Below are positions 36,407 through 46,613 of a DNA stretch of 64,000 bases, piece after piece. This DNA comes from a virus. Position numbers and translations under genes: made by a program. Each line of letters starts with the position of its first letter. Position 1 is the first letter of the stretch. Under the pieces are notes generated by a model. It was not told the DNA's origin, searched no databases, and saw only the letters and a list, made by a program, of their open reading frames with translations. The stretch is from IMG/VR virus record IMGVR_UViG_3300025012_000074, positions 7,106 through 71,105 of that record; one strand, given 5' to 3'.

Positions 36407-36775
36407 ATGAACATTCCGCTCTACAACGAACAGGTCGCGTTCGAGGACAAGACCCTCTGGCAGATCGAGAACGCTGCGATGCCGGCTTCGATCGGCGTCG
36501 TCATCGCCTCGACCGCCGACTTCCCGCTGCAAAAGGGGACGGTCATGGGCAAGGTCACCGCCACCGGGAAGTATCTTCCCTACGTGGACGGCGCGGTCGA
36601 CGGGACGGGCACGGCCGTCGGGCTGCTCAACGAGCACGTCGACGAACTCCGGCTCTCGTCCACCAACCAGGACGTCACGTCCACGATCGGCGTCATCGGC
36701 GTCGCGATCGAGGCTTCCTGCGTCGGGCTCGACGCGGCGGCCAAGGTCGACCTCAAGACGATCGTCTTCGTCTAA
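36407..36775 (+). CDS. Head decoration protein (lambda gpD-like)
   Basis: GTVMGKVTATGKY.PY...DGT.TAVGLL; between scaffold and capsid. Confidence 0.85.
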   Translation: MNIPLYNEQVAFEDKTLWQIENAAMPASIGVVIASTADFPLQKGTVMGKVTATGKYLPYVDGAVDGTGTAVGLLNEHVDELRLSSTNQDVTSTIGVIGVAIEASCVGLDAAAKVDLKTIVFV

Positions 36776-36795
36776 AAGAAAGGCAGGCGAATACA

Positions 36796-37803
36796 ATGAG
36801 CAACTCCCTCCTGTCCGTCCTCGATCCGAAGGCCATCGCCGGCCTGATCGACCGCCGGATCCCCGTCGGCTTCCGCGGCCTCGAATCGATCTTCAAGGAT
36901 TCGATCAAGCCGCGTGACAACATGTTCACGCTCGAGTTCGACGTGCGCTACGGCCGCATCCCGCGCGCGCCCATGTCGAGCCCGAAGGCCCCGTCCTCGC
37001 CGATCCGCGTCGGCAAGGTCAAGAAACTCCTGCTCGAGCCGGCGTGCATCAAGGGCCATCACCGCGTGTTCGAGGCGGACGCCGCGCGCATGCGCACCCC
37101 CGGCGGCCTCGGCCCCTACGGCGACAAACTCATGGCCGACGCGGCCGACACGATCGGAAAGGCCGTGCAGACCACGAAGGAATGGATGATCTGGCAGGCG
37201 CAGCGCGGCTCGATCACCTACTCGAACACCGAGACCGGCCTCCAGTTCAACGTCAACTTCGGTCAGGACGCTTCGCACCTGCCGGTCAACCTGACGACCG
37301 CCAAGTGGGACGCGCCGACCACGGCCGATCCGCTGGGCGACATCGAGACCTACATCGGGATCATCGAGCGCGACGGCGGGGTCACCCCGACCGCGATCGT
37401 CATGAACCGGTTCACGCTCGCCAAGGCGCTCAAGTGCGCTTCGCTCCAGACCGTCCTCGCCCCGACCCTCAAGGGCGGGTCCCTGTTCGCCGCGTTCAAA
37501 GAGTATCTGATGACCGCCTACCAGTGCGCGCTCGAGATCTACACCGGCCCCTACGAGTCCGAGGCCGGCGCGAACGCCTACATGGTCAACGACGGCGAAG
37601 TCTTCTTCTGCCATCCGTCGGCCGTGTCGGTCGAATCGGCGGCCAGCGAATACAACAAGACCGGGCCGTCGAACTACAAGGCCGGCGCGTGGACCGCGAT
37701 CGAAGAGATCAAGGACCCGCTCGGCGCGAAGATCATCGGCGGCGAAAACTCCCTCGCGGCGCTCGTCATCCCCGGCGCGTCCGTCTTCCTGACGGCCTAC
37801 TAG
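36796..37803 (+). CDS. Major capsid protein (lambda gpE-like)
   Basis: EWMIWQA..G.I, W....ADPLGDI; strong codon bias; follows decoration gene. Confidence 0.9.
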   Translation: MSNSLLSVLDPKAIAGLIDRRIPVGFRGLESIFKDSIKPRDNMFTLEFDVRYGRIPRAPMSSPKAPSSPIRVGKVKKLLLEPACIKGHHRVFEADAARMRTPGGLGPYGDKLMADAADTIGKAVQTTKEWMIWQAQRGSITYSNTETGLQFNVNFGQDASHLPVNLTTAKWDAPTTADPLGDIETYIGIIERDGGVTPTAIVMNRFTLAKALKCASLQTVLAPTLKGGSLFAAFKEYLMTAYQCALEIYTGPYESEAGANAYMVNDGEVFFCHPSAVSVESAASEYNKTGPSNYKAGAWTAIEEIKDPLGAKIIGGENSLAALVIPGASVFLTAY

Positions 37804-37817
37804 GGCTGATCCTTCAC

Positions 37818-37856
37818 GGGCCGGCGGCCGGGTTTTACCGCCCGACTGCCGGCCTA
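37818..37856 (+). terminator. GC-rich hairpin after capsid gene
   Basis: GGGCCGGCGG...CTGCCGGCCT stem with only a weak U-tract. Confidence 0.45.
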
Positions 37857-37884
37857 CTTCGTTCCAACTTTCCAAGGTGAGCAA

Positions 37885-38454
37885 ATGGCGTATTCGACGA
37901 TCGCTGACGTGAAAGGTTCGATCCGTGAGACCGGGGCTTCCCCGGTTCAACTCACGCTGTCGGATGCGAAAGTCACGGAAAAGATCGTCGAAGCGGATGC
38001 ACTGATCGACGGTTACCTCGGCCGCGCCTACGCCATCCCGTTCACGTCCGGCGGCGTGGCGGTCGCGACTCCTCCGCTCGTCGCGCTCATGTCGAAATAC
38101 ATCGCCGTCGCGTTCTGCATCGAGTGGGCGATGTCGATCAAGAATGAGATTTCCAGCCAGAGCAAAACAACCGCGCAGGTTCAATATGACCGCTGGGTAT
38201 CGACCCTGAAGTCGATGATCGCTCGCGCGAACGCGCAGCCGATCCTGAATTGCGATCTTAAATCCGGCGTGACGGTCAACGCCGACGGCGGTTTCAACGT
38301 CGTAATCGGCAGTTCGAATTCGACGCTCGGGCTCGTCACCTCGACGACCGGCGGATACAAGCCGACGTTCGGCGAAGAGTCGCCGGAAGAGTGGCGCATC
38401 GACCCGCGCAAACTTTCCGACCTGGCGAGAATGGGTGACCATGTTGTCATCTGA
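37885..38454 (+). CDS. Head-tail adaptor (Mu gp36/DUF1320-like)
   Basis: MAYSTIADV...ADALIDGYLG..Y.IP. Confidence 0.85.
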   Translation: MAYSTIADVKGSIRETGASPVQLTLSDAKVTEKIVEADALIDGYLGRAYAIPFTSGGVAVATPPLVALMSKYIAVAFCIEWAMSIKNEISSQSKTTAQVQYDRWVSTLKSMIARANAQPILNCDLKSGVTVNADGGFNVVIGSSNSTLGLVTSTTGGYKPTFGEESPEEWRIDPRKLSDLARMGDHVVI

Positions 38455-39304
38455 TCGGCCGTCCGTCTGCCTGGGGACGCTCATCCGGAATTGCGCGTGG
38501 ATTCTCCCCGCGTTCCTTTCCCGCGTTTCGATGCTCGACTACCCAAAGCGTTCGATGGATCTGATCTTCCTCGTCAACGATTCGACCGACGACTCGGGAT
38601 CAATCCTTGAACTATTTGCGTCCGAACACCGCCACGAATACCGATCGATCGTGATCGCCCGTCATGACCTTGGCGAACGCGCGATCGGCTCCGGATCGTC
38701 CCGGCTGAACGAACACGATCCGCTCGGCCGGCGCGACGGCGCGAAGATCGAAGACCGCCCCGGGCTATTCCGGAACCTCGCGCATCTTCGAAACGTCCTC
38801 GTCGAATTGTTCACCACCCGGACGGCCGCCGACTGGCTGTTTTCCTGCGACTCGGACATTCTGATTCCGGCCGATTGTTTGACGAACTTACTCGACTATC
38901 CGACCTCGCGCCTTCGGGCCGGGTTGGTCGTCAACGATTTAATGCAGAATCCCGAAAAGGGCTACGAGATGTTTCACCGCCGCTGCAACGCGGGCGTCAT
39001 CTACGAACTGCCGGGCGGCAGGAAACTGATCGGCCACCAACTCAACTACGAACTTGGCCGGATCTACCCGGTCGCCGTGACCGGCGCGTGTTTTGTTTGC
39101 CACCGGTCGATCCTCGGCCAGTCCGAATACCGCTTCCACGAGTGGGGCGAGGACGCCGGCTTCTGCCTCGGCCTTCCCGAGGGCACGCCGATCGAGTGGG
39201 ATACCCGGACGGTCTGCACGCACGCGATGAGCTCAGCGCACCTGGCGGCCGTCCCCGCCTTCGAGTCGGCCGTCGAGGGGGCTCGGGCGCTGTGCCGAAG
39301 GTAA
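38441..39304 (+). CDS. GT2 glycosyltransferase embedded in neck genes
   Basis: RNCAWILP, VNDSTDDS, LAHLRN, DSD motif, TGAC, GED. Confidence 0.85.
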   Translation: MLSSDRPSVCLGTLIRNCAWILPAFLSRVSMLDYPKRSMDLIFLVNDSTDDSGSILELFASEHRHEYRSIVIARHDLGERAIGSGSSRLNEHDPLGRRDGAKIEDRPGLFRNLAHLRNVLVELFTTRTAADWLFSCDSDILIPADCLTNLLDYPTSRLRAGLVVNDLMQNPEKGYEMFHRRCNAGVIYELPGGRKLIGHQLNYELGRIYPVAVTGACFVCHRSILGQSEYRFHEWGEDAGFCLGLPEGTPIEWDTRTVCTHAMSSAHLAAVPAFESAVEGARALCRR

Positions 39305-39819
39305 CGCTCAAACTCGGCCGGATCGAGGCGCTGGCCGAGAAACTGCGAAACAACAAACCGGCGTTCGCAATGATTAAGGCGCGGCTGATCGAAGCGGTGT
39401 CCGACCACCTCAAGCGCGAGGAAGGCCCGGACGGACGCTGGGAGCCGCGGTCATCGTTTACGAAAATCATGGCCGAGCGATCGAAGGGTATCAAGATTCA
39501 CACCGGCGGGCTGTTGAAAAACCGCGGCACGTTCGGCGTATCGTTCGGCCGTGGCGCGACTTCCGGCAAGAACCGGGCGGCCGTCGGTTCGGCGCTGAAG
39601 ACGCCGGACGGCAAGCACAACCTGGCGGCCATTCATCATGAAGGCGTTGACATCGCGGTCACGCCGAAAATGATCGGCTGGTTCAAGCACAACTTCGGGC
39701 TCCGGCTGAAAACCAATGCGATCCGAATTCCAGCGCGGCCGGTCCTCTGGCTGTCGGCCGACGAAAAGAAAGACATCCTTGAAATTCTTTCGTCGTTCTA
39801 TTCAGGGCAGGCCGCCTGA
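39292..39819 (+). CDS. Virion morphogenesis/tail completion protein (Mu gpG-like)
   Basis: GPDGRWEP...AAIHHEG...IPARPVL. Confidence 0.85.
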   Translation: MPKVTLKLGRIEALAEKLRNNKPAFAMIKARLIEAVSDHLKREEGPDGRWEPRSSFTKIMAERSKGIKIHTGGLLKNRGTFGVSFGRGATSGKNRAAVGSALKTPDGKHNLAAIHHEGVDIAVTPKMIGWFKHNFGLRLKTNAIRIPARPVLWLSADEKKDILEILSSFYSGQAA

Positions 39820-40268
39820 TGGCTCGCAAACTCCTGACGAAAGTCATCGACGACGTTTACACGCTGCTTCAGGCGGATACCGCGCTCGCCGCGTCCGTCA
39901 AATACTGGGCGAAGTCGGACGCGATCGAGCCGGATCAATTCCCGGCGCTCGTGTTTATCCGCGATCTGACGACGCAAGTTCGCAACGTGACGATCGGGCG
40001 GCGAACGGCCACCATCTACCCGCTGAACATCGGCGTCATCGTCAAGAATTTTGATAGCGTCGAACTGGCCGACGAGGCGCTGGACGAACTGCTCGATCTG
40101 GTAATCGACCGGCTGGATAAAAACCCGAGAATCAATGGAACCTACGCGAACTCGACGATTACCGGATGGCAATACTCGGTTGCCAACTTCGCCAACAATC
40201 CCATCGCGTTTTTCCCGGCGGCCATTCTAACCATTAACGTAGAAGTCGATAAGAAAATCGACTGCTGA
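39819..40268 (+). CDS. Tail terminator-like protein
   Basis: LLQADTAL..V, FPALVF; directly before tail tube. Confidence 0.65.
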   Translation: MARKLLTKVIDDVYTLLQADTALAASVKYWAKSDAIEPDQFPALVFIRDLTTQVRNVTIGRRTATIYPLNIGVIVKNFDSVELADEALDELLDLVIDRLDKNPRINGTYANSTITGWQYSVANFANNPIAFFPAAILTINVEVDKKIDC

Positions 40269-40291
40269 ACAAGAATCGGAGGATTTGAATC

Positions 40292-41530
40292 ATGACCGTC
40301 CTTCAGGGTATCCTGGCAAAACACGTCATCTACACCGAAGCCGCGTTCGGCACGATGCCGGCGACGCCCGCCTACACCCGCGTCGAACTCCAGTCGTTCG
40401 AGCCCGAGGTCGATTACGGCTACAAAGAACCGGAGACGATCAGCGGAACGCTCGTCCCGGCCGCGGACGTGCGCACCCGCAAGACCGTCAAATACTCGAC
40501 CGGCATGCTGGCCGCGCCCGAGAACGGGTTCGAAAAACTCCTGAAATACATCACCGGCGCGGTGACCACCGTCGCCGGTTATTTCCGCTCCGAGTGGTTC
40601 ACCGCCAGCGGCGCGGAGACGACCGTCACGCTCGCGTTCGCGCCGATCACCGCCACGTCGGAAAGCCTCTACTTCTTCGACGCCTCGGCCGGCACCTGGG
40701 CGCTGCTCACCCGCGTCGTCGCCGGCCCGTCGACCGGCGAGTATTCGATCAACAATACCAGCGGCGTCGCGTCCCTCGGCTTCTCGCTGGCCGCCGGCGA
40801 CAAGATCCTTTCCCGCTACTGCGAAGTCGTTTCCGGCGTCTACTCGCACGTCTACACCGCGTCGGTGGGCACTCTGCCGTCGTTCGGCGTGCTCGAAAAC
40901 CTGCCGACCGATCTGGACGTGCGCGAAGTCCCGGGCGGCAAGGTCAACAGCGCGTCGATAACGATCGGTTCCGAAGACTTCCTGGCCGCGTCGCTCGACA
41001 TCATGGCGCAGGAGGAAGCCCTCGGGTCGGAGACCGGCCACACGTTCCCGGCCGGGACGACGATGAGCAACCTTCAAAAGTTCCTGTTCAAGGATGCCGC
41101 GATCTACATCAACGGCGTCTCGACCGACCTCTACGAATCGCTGGACATCGCGTTCGAAAACAACCTCGACGAAGCATTCACCATCCGCTGCGCGGATACC
41201 GTCCGCGACCTGGCGGTCACCAAGCAGCGCGTCGGCCTGTCCGGTTCGCTCCTGTTCGAGGATCTGGTCGAATACAACCGCGTCCGCAACGGCACGTTCT
41301 TCATGCTCGAAGTCGTCTACGGTCTGTGCCACGGCGAAGAGATCGGGACGACCGACCGGAATTACGGCTTGCACTTCTGGGCGACCAACGTCCGGCACCA
41401 GAGCGGGACGCCGCCGACGCAGCTGGAGCGCATGCGCATCGACGTCGAAGGCTTCGCCAACCCGCACCCGAACCTCGACAACAAGGCGTATGAAATCGTG
41501 CTCATCAACACCATCGCCTCGATCGCGTAA
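40292..41530 (+). CDS. Major tail tube protein with inserted domain
   Basis: EAAFGT.P, YSHVYT...LPSF, GGKVNS, FENNL; strong RBS; precedes chaperone and tape measure. Confidence 0.8.
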   Translation: MTVLQGILAKHVIYTEAAFGTMPATPAYTRVELQSFEPEVDYGYKEPETISGTLVPAADVRTRKTVKYSTGMLAAPENGFEKLLKYITGAVTTVAGYFRSEWFTASGAETTVTLAFAPITATSESLYFFDASAGTWALLTRVVAGPSTGEYSINNTSGVASLGFSLAAGDKILSRYCEVVSGVYSHVYTASVGTLPSFGVLENLPTDLDVREVPGGKVNSASITIGSEDFLAASLDIMAQEEALGSETGHTFPAGTTMSNLQKFLFKDAAIYINGVSTDLYESLDIAFENNLDEAFTIRCADTVRDLAVTKQRVGLSGSLLFEDLVEYNRVRNGTFFMLEVVYGLCHGEEIGTTDRNYGLHFWATNVRHQSGTPPTQLERMRIDVEGFANPHPNLDNKAYEIVLINTIASIA

Positions 41531-41563
41531 GCGGACGAGCCCAACATCGGAGGAGCAACCGAT

Positions 41564-41869
41564 ATGAAACTGTCCGAAATGAAACCGAAGGAAACCACCA
41601 TCGACGGCGTTACGTTCAAGTTCCGGACCGTCCCCGGTTCGGTCGTCATGGACTACCGCAAGCCCGGCCACGTCGTGAAGGAGGGCGAGACGATCGCTCT
41701 CGCCGTCTCCCTCACGTCCGGCTGGAACCTCGAAAACGAGGACGGGTCGCCGATGGAAATCACCGAGGAAAATTTCCTGAAACTCGGGATGGACACGATC
41801 GGGAAATACATCAAGCGCATCATGGGCGCGGAAGAGATCCCGGGCCAGGAACAGGTAAAAAACTCGTAG
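41564..41869 (+). CDS. Tail assembly chaperone (gpG-like)
   Basis: SGWNLENEDG.PMEITEEN; ends at a slippery site. Confidence 0.85.
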   Translation: MKLSEMKPKETTIDGVTFKFRTVPGSVVMDYRKPGHVVKEGETIALAVSLTSGWNLENEDGSPMEITEENFLKLGMDTIGKYIKRIMGAEEIPGQEQVKNS

Positions 41870-42120
41870 ACGCTGTAGCCGCCGGAGTCGCCGCGAAGGC
41901 CCGGGGGCTACAGCCGACTACGAAACTTCTACCTGAAAACGCTTCGTTCGTTCGCATCTTTTCGCTCTGCCAAAACCTCGAGTGCCTGCCTTGCGCTGGC
42001 GGGCTACTCGATCAGCCGGCCTGGTTCGTGATTCTGTCCGAGGCCGTGTTCCAAGGGCGCGAAAAAGGCAGCGATTCGGCGGGGCGTTACAAGTCACTGA
42101 AGACCATGATGAAAAAGTAA
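41857..42120 (+). CDS. -1 frameshift extension of tail chaperone (gpGT)
   Basis: A AAA AAC heptamer at 41857-41863; downstream GCTGTAGCC/GGCTACAGC hairpin; -1 frame open to TAA 42120 with LPCAGGLLDQP. Confidence 0.85.
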   Translation, partial: KKLVDAVAAGVAAKARGLQPTTKLLPENASFVRIFSLCQNLECLPCAGGLLDQPAWFVILSEAVFQGREKGSDSAGRYKSLKTMMKK

Positions 42121-42170
42121 CTCGGGGCGCGGCGTCTTAGCGGACGCTCCGCCCCTTCGAGAGGATCGGC

Positions 42171-45100
42171 ATGAGCGCGACGACCGTCGACAAATTTCAA
42201 ATCGAAGTCGAAGCGATCGACGCGGCGTCCAATGTGATTAGCGCGATCACGGGATTTATTGACGCGGCACGAAAGAAAATCGAACCACCGATCAAGATCA
42301 GCGCAGACGATTCGGCGATGCTCAAGGCAAATGACCATCTGGAAGAATTGTTACAATCGCTCAACCAAGTCAAGGCTTCATCGGGAAACATGTTTGTTTC
42401 CTTCGGCGACAGCGCAATCGCCGCGCTTAACCCAGTAAATCTTTTGTCGGGAGCAATGTCAGTCTTCGCCGGCGGCGTCTTGCAATCCGTCGGTTCGTCG
42501 ATCATGACGCTGCTGAACCCGATGACGTATCTCACGGCCGGGTTCGATGCGCTGACGATCGCCGCTGAATCGCTCTACTCTATCATCTCCGGCGCTTTCT
42601 CCGCCGCGTTTACGGCCGCCGGGATGGCGGTCGACGGCGTGGTCGCCGTATTCTCGACGCTCGGGTCGGCCGCGATGTCGGTCGGTTCCGCGTTGATGGA
42701 TGTCGGGACGACCATCGGCGGGCTCCTGCTCACCGCGTTCGACGGGCTCCTGGCTGCGGCCGGCGCAACGGCCAGCGCGCTGCTCGAAGTCGGATCGGCG
42801 GCCGCGTCCGCGCTCGGTGAAGCCGTTCGAGTCTCCGGCGACTTCGAACAGTCGATGGCAAACGTCAAATCGATGGGCGTCGAATCGGAGGATACGTTCC
42901 AGCGGATGCGCGAAGCGGCAATCAAACTCGGTGCCGATACGTCGCTGTCGTCCTCGCAGGCGGCCGACGCGCTTTACTCCCTGCGGTCCGCCGGATTCTC
43001 GTCCGAAGAATCCATCCTCGCGCTCGAAGGCACCGGGAAACTGGCCGAGGCGACGATGAGCGATCTTCAGTTCACGGCCGAAGCGGTCGGCGCGACGATC
43101 AAGCAGTTCGGAATGGAAGCGTCGGACGCCGGCCGGGTGTCGAACGTCTTCGCGGCAGCAATCCAAAACTCAGCGTTGACGATGGACCGAGCCGCGAACG
43201 GCATGAAATACGCGGGCGTGATTGCCGGCGCGCTCAAGATACCGTTCGAAGAAACGACCGCCGCGCTCATGATCCTGAATAACGCGGGCATCAAAGGCGA
43301 GATGGCCGGGACGGCGCTGCGGGCCGGCCTGTCGAAACTCGTCGATCCGTCGAAGGAATCGGCGGCGGCCATTCAGGCGCTCGGGCTAAGCGTGAAGGAT
43401 ACAAACCCGGCGCTCGTCGGCATCACCGGCGTCGTCGCCGCGCTCGAGAAAGCGGGAATGACCGCGACCGACGCGGTGAAGATCTTCGGCGTCGAAGCCG
43501 GTCCGGCGATGGCCAACCTTGTCGGCGGCGGGGCGCAGGCGCTCACCGATTTTCAAGCGAAAATCACGGGAACGAACGCGGCGTTGGACATGAGCAAGAC
43601 GCAGTTGGATACCTTCTCCGGCGCGTTGAAAATCTTCGAGGGATCCTGGGAATCGCTGCAAATCGTCATCGGCGGGGCGTTCCTGCCGGTCCTCAAGCAG
43701 GTTGTAATCGGCGCGTCGGAAATCGTGAACGCGCTGACGACCTGGATTCAGACGACCGGGCTGGCGACCGCCGCGATGGCGGCGTTTTCAGGCGTGACAA
43801 CCGCCGTTCAAACCGTGATTACAACGCTCTCGCCGCTCGTCGGCGGAATCTCTGCGACGTTCACCGCGCTCGGGAAATACGTCGCCGATTCGATGACCGC
43901 GTTCGGCGCTTGGGCGGCGGCCTCGTCGACCACGAAAGACGCGGTTGAAGCAATCAAGGCATCGGGTGAAAAGTTCGTCGCCATGCTATCCGAAATGATC
44001 GGCGGCGTGCTTTCGCTCAAGACGGGGTTGGATGCCGGCAAGGCCGGATTCGACGAGTGGGGAAACCAACTGACGGTCGCCAGCGGTTCGCTCGGCGAGT
44101 TCGGGACGAAACTCGCGGCGCTCGCGTCGCAAGCGTTGGCCGCAATCGGAACGTGGATTCAGTCGGGCCAGGCGTTCACCGATCTTCGAGCGGCCGTGTC
44201 CGCTGCCGGTTCCGTATTCACAAGCATCGTCACGGTCATCATGTCCGTCGGCCAGGCCGTCGTATCGACCGCCGCGGCAATCGTGAATTTCGCGGCCGGG
44301 ATCGGCGAATCGTCGGCGACGAGTTCGACGTTTGCCGGCGTGATGAAAACCGTTTCGGATGCGGTCGCGGTCGTCGCAACTGCTATCACATCGAGCATCG
44401 CAGCCTACACCGAATTGATCCTCAACACTGATTTGATTTCGACGGCATTTTCCGCCGTGTCGGCTGTCGTATCCGCAGCCGTCGCCGTGTTCAACACCGT
44501 ATCCGGCGGGGTCGGAGCGGCTGCCGCGTCGCTCGCCGATTTTCTGACCGGCCTTCAGGCGTTCGTCAAGCAGACGGAAACCGGAATTAAGTTCGATTTC
44601 GGTGGCGCGATCAAGGCCGGGATCGTCGCCGGGATCGGGATCATCAACGCGGCGGCGAATGACGTTGCGGCGGCCGTGTCGAAGATGGTCGGATCGTTCA
44701 ACGCCGATTCGGTCGCATCGACGATCACCGCGTTTATCGCGTCGATCCGTGACAACATCATTTCCGGATTCACCACCATGTCGGCCGACGGTGCAATCGC
44801 TCAGGCGTTCGTCGATGTGTTCGGTTTCCTGTCGTCAGTCGCCGAGAAAGTTACCGGCCCGGTCGGTGATATGGTGGCCGGAGTGTTCGCGCTGTTGAAG
44901 CAGAGTTTCGACGACAACGCGGCGGCGCTCGGGACGCAAATGGGGACGATCTTCGAGCCGGTCGTCACCGCCGCAATCGACGCGCTGGCCGGAATCGTCG
45001 ATGCGATCACCGCAACGATTTCCGGAGCCGAGTCGATGAGCGGTTCGCTCTCCGAGTTCTTTAAGTCCGGAATCGATGCGGCGCTGCCGAACATCAAGGA

Positions 45101-46613
45101 AGCGTTCGACGCGCTCGGAAAATCGCTCGGCGAGTTCGTGACCGCCGCGCTCGACGCGGCCGGGCTTTCTGACTTCGGAAAGAAGTTCGTCGAACCGATC
45201 CTTGCATCGCTCCAAGCCGGCAACTGGGACGATCTGAAAAAGGCGCTCGGCGAACTGTTGAAGAAAGCGATCAGCGAAGCCTGGGCGCTGTTTGTCGCCG
45301 GCGTCGGCGCGGCGCTCGACTTCGAAGTGTTCGGCGTGAAAATCCGCGACGGAATTATCATGGCGCTTGGTCTGGCGCTGACCGGGCTCGGCGCGCTCAT
45401 CATGGCGCTTCCGGTCCTCGCCACCCTATCGGCTGGAATCGTCGCGGCCGTCGTCGGAGCTGCCGCTTCGTTCGGCCCGCTGATCGTCGCCGCCGGGCTG
45501 GCCGTGCTCATCGGGTATCCGTTGGGCGAAGCGATCTCGGCGGCGTTCCCCGAAGGCTTGAAATCAATCGGCGAAGCGGCGGCCGACTTCATGAAAGGCA
45601 TCGCCGCGTTCTTCACCGGCGAAGGCGTGGACCCGATCACGAATGCCGTGGCCGCCATCGCATCGGCCATCGGAACGGCGTCGGTTGCGATCGGTCCCGC
45701 GTTGACCGCGATCAAGGAAGGCATCACAAAAGCGGCCGTTGGCATGGCCGACGGCGTTGTCGACGGAGCGAAAGCGATCGGCGAGGCGCTGGATAACATC
45801 GGGCAACTGTTTGGCGCGGCCGTCGTCGATTTCGCGGTCCTCGTCGGCGACATCGCGGAAGCGATCAGTAACAAGTTCAACGAGTTCTTTACATCGGCCG
45901 GCGAATTGTCGGTCACGGTTCAAACTTGGCTGACAAATAACATCATGACTCCGATCAACAATTTCGGGTCGGCAGTGCTCGACACGATTTCCAATATCGG
46001 TAAAACGATCTACGACGGCGTTGCCGCCGTGTTTGAGTTCATGACCACCATGCCGGAAGACGCCTACACCTGGGGCGCGAACATCATTCAATCGTGGGTC
46101 GACGGGATCATGGCGACGATCGAGAACGCGAAGGCCGGAATCGCCTCGGCCGTCGATTGGGTATTCGGCATGTTCAAAGGCCAGTCGCCTCCGAAGGAAG
46201 GCCCGCTTCAGCACATCGATCAGTGGGGCTCGAACGTCGCGGCGGCGTGGTCGGATTCGTTCGTCGCCCGCATTCAGAGTTCGATTCCGAGTATCACGTC
46301 GGCGGTCGCCGCTGCCGGTTCCGCGATGGGCGGACTTGGCAAACTCTCCGGCGTCGCCATGCCGGCCAACCTCACATCCGCGATCAAGGGAACCGGGGGG
46401 AAGGCGGGCGGTGCGGTCGGCGCTCCTCCGGGCTTCGCCGCCGCTCTCTCCCCGGCCTCCCGCCAGCCGGCCGCCGCGACCGTCAACGCGCCGATCAACT
46501 TCGGCGGTGTCACGATTTCGAACGGCATCGACATGGTAAATTTTGCCGACACGATTTCCACGTCGATTAAGCAAACGCTGAGGACCGAGACGGCCGCGCG
46601 GAGGCGAGGGTAA
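42171..46613 (+). CDS. Tape measure protein (TP901-type core)
   Basis: FEQSMANV, NAGIKGEMAGTALR, Ala/Gly-rich amphipathic repeats, SPPKEGPL. Confidence 0.95.
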   Translation: MSATTVDKFQIEVEAIDAASNVISAITGFIDAARKKIEPPIKISADDSAMLKANDHLEELLQSLNQVKASSGNMFVSFGDSAIAALNPVNLLSGAMSVFAGGVLQSVGSSIMTLLNPMTYLTAGFDALTIAAESLYSIISGAFSAAFTAAGMAVDGVVAVFSTLGSAAMSVGSALMDVGTTIGGLLLTAFDGLLAAAGATASALLEVGSAAASALGEAVRVSGDFEQSMANVKSMGVESEDTFQRMREAAIKLGADTSLSSSQAADALYSLRSAGFSSEESILALEGTGKLAEATMSDLQFTAEAVGATIKQFGMEASDAGRVSNVFAAAIQNSALTMDRAANGMKYAGVIAGALKIPFEETTAALMILNNAGIKGEMAGTALRAGLSKLVDPSKESAAAIQALGLSVKDTNPALVGITGVVAALEKAGMTATDAVKIFGVEAGPAMANLVGGGAQALTDFQAKITGTNAALDMSKTQLDTFSGALKIFEGSWESLQIVIGGAFLPVLKQVVIGASEIVNALTTWIQTTGLATAAMAAFSGVTTAVQTVITTLSPLVGGISATFTALGKYVADSMTAFGAWAAASSTTKDAVEAIKASGEKFVAMLSEMIGGVLSLKTGLDAGKAGFDEWGNQLTVASGSLGEFGTKLAALASQALAAIGTWIQSGQAFTDLRAAVSAAGSVFTSIVTVIMSVGQAVVSTAAAIVNFAAGIGESSATSSTFAGVMKTVSDAVAVVATAITSSIAAYTELILNTDLISTAFSAVSAVVSAAVAVFNTVSGGVGAAAASLADFLTGLQAFVKQTETGIKFDFGGAIKAGIVAGIGIINAAANDVAAAVSKMVGSFNADSVASTITAFIASIRDNIISGFTTMSADGAIAQAFVDVFGFLSSVAEKVTGPVGDMVAGVFALLKQSFDDNAAALGTQMGTIFEPVVTAAIDALAGIVDAITATISGAESMSGSLSEFFKSGIDAALPNIKEAFDALGKSLGEFVTAALDAAGLSDFGKKFVEPILASLQAGNWDDLKKALGELLKKAISEAWALFVAGVGAALDFEVFGVKIRDGIIMALGLALTGLGALIMALPVLATLSAGIVAAVVGAAASFGPLIVAAGLAVLIGYPLGEAISAAFPEGLKSIGEAAADFMKGIAAFFTGEGVDPITNAVAAIASAIGTASVAIGPALTAIKEGITKAAVGMADGVVDGAKAIGEALDNIGQLFGAAVVDFAVLVGDIAEAISNKFNEFFTSAGELSVTVQTWLTNNIMTPINNFGSAVLDTISNIGKTIYDGVAAVFEFMTTMPEDAYTWGANIIQSWVDGIMATIENAKAGIASAVDWVFGMFKGQSPPKEGPLQHIDQWGSNVAAAWSDSFVARIQSSIPSITSAVAAAGSAMGGLGKLSGVAMPANLTSAIKGTGGKAGGAVGAPPGFAAALSPASRQPAAATVNAPINFGGVTISNGIDMVNFADTISTSIKQTLRTETAARRRG

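Noticed and set aside
35242-41671. Long antisense ORFs (390, 570, 509 aa) opposite scaffold, capsid and tail tube
   Set aside because: Expected shadows of strongly GC3-biased genes; no motifs, and the sense genes explain the sequence
41857-42120. Tail chaperone -1 frameshift as a novelty
   Set aside because: Real but well known in long-tailed phages; listed as a feature only
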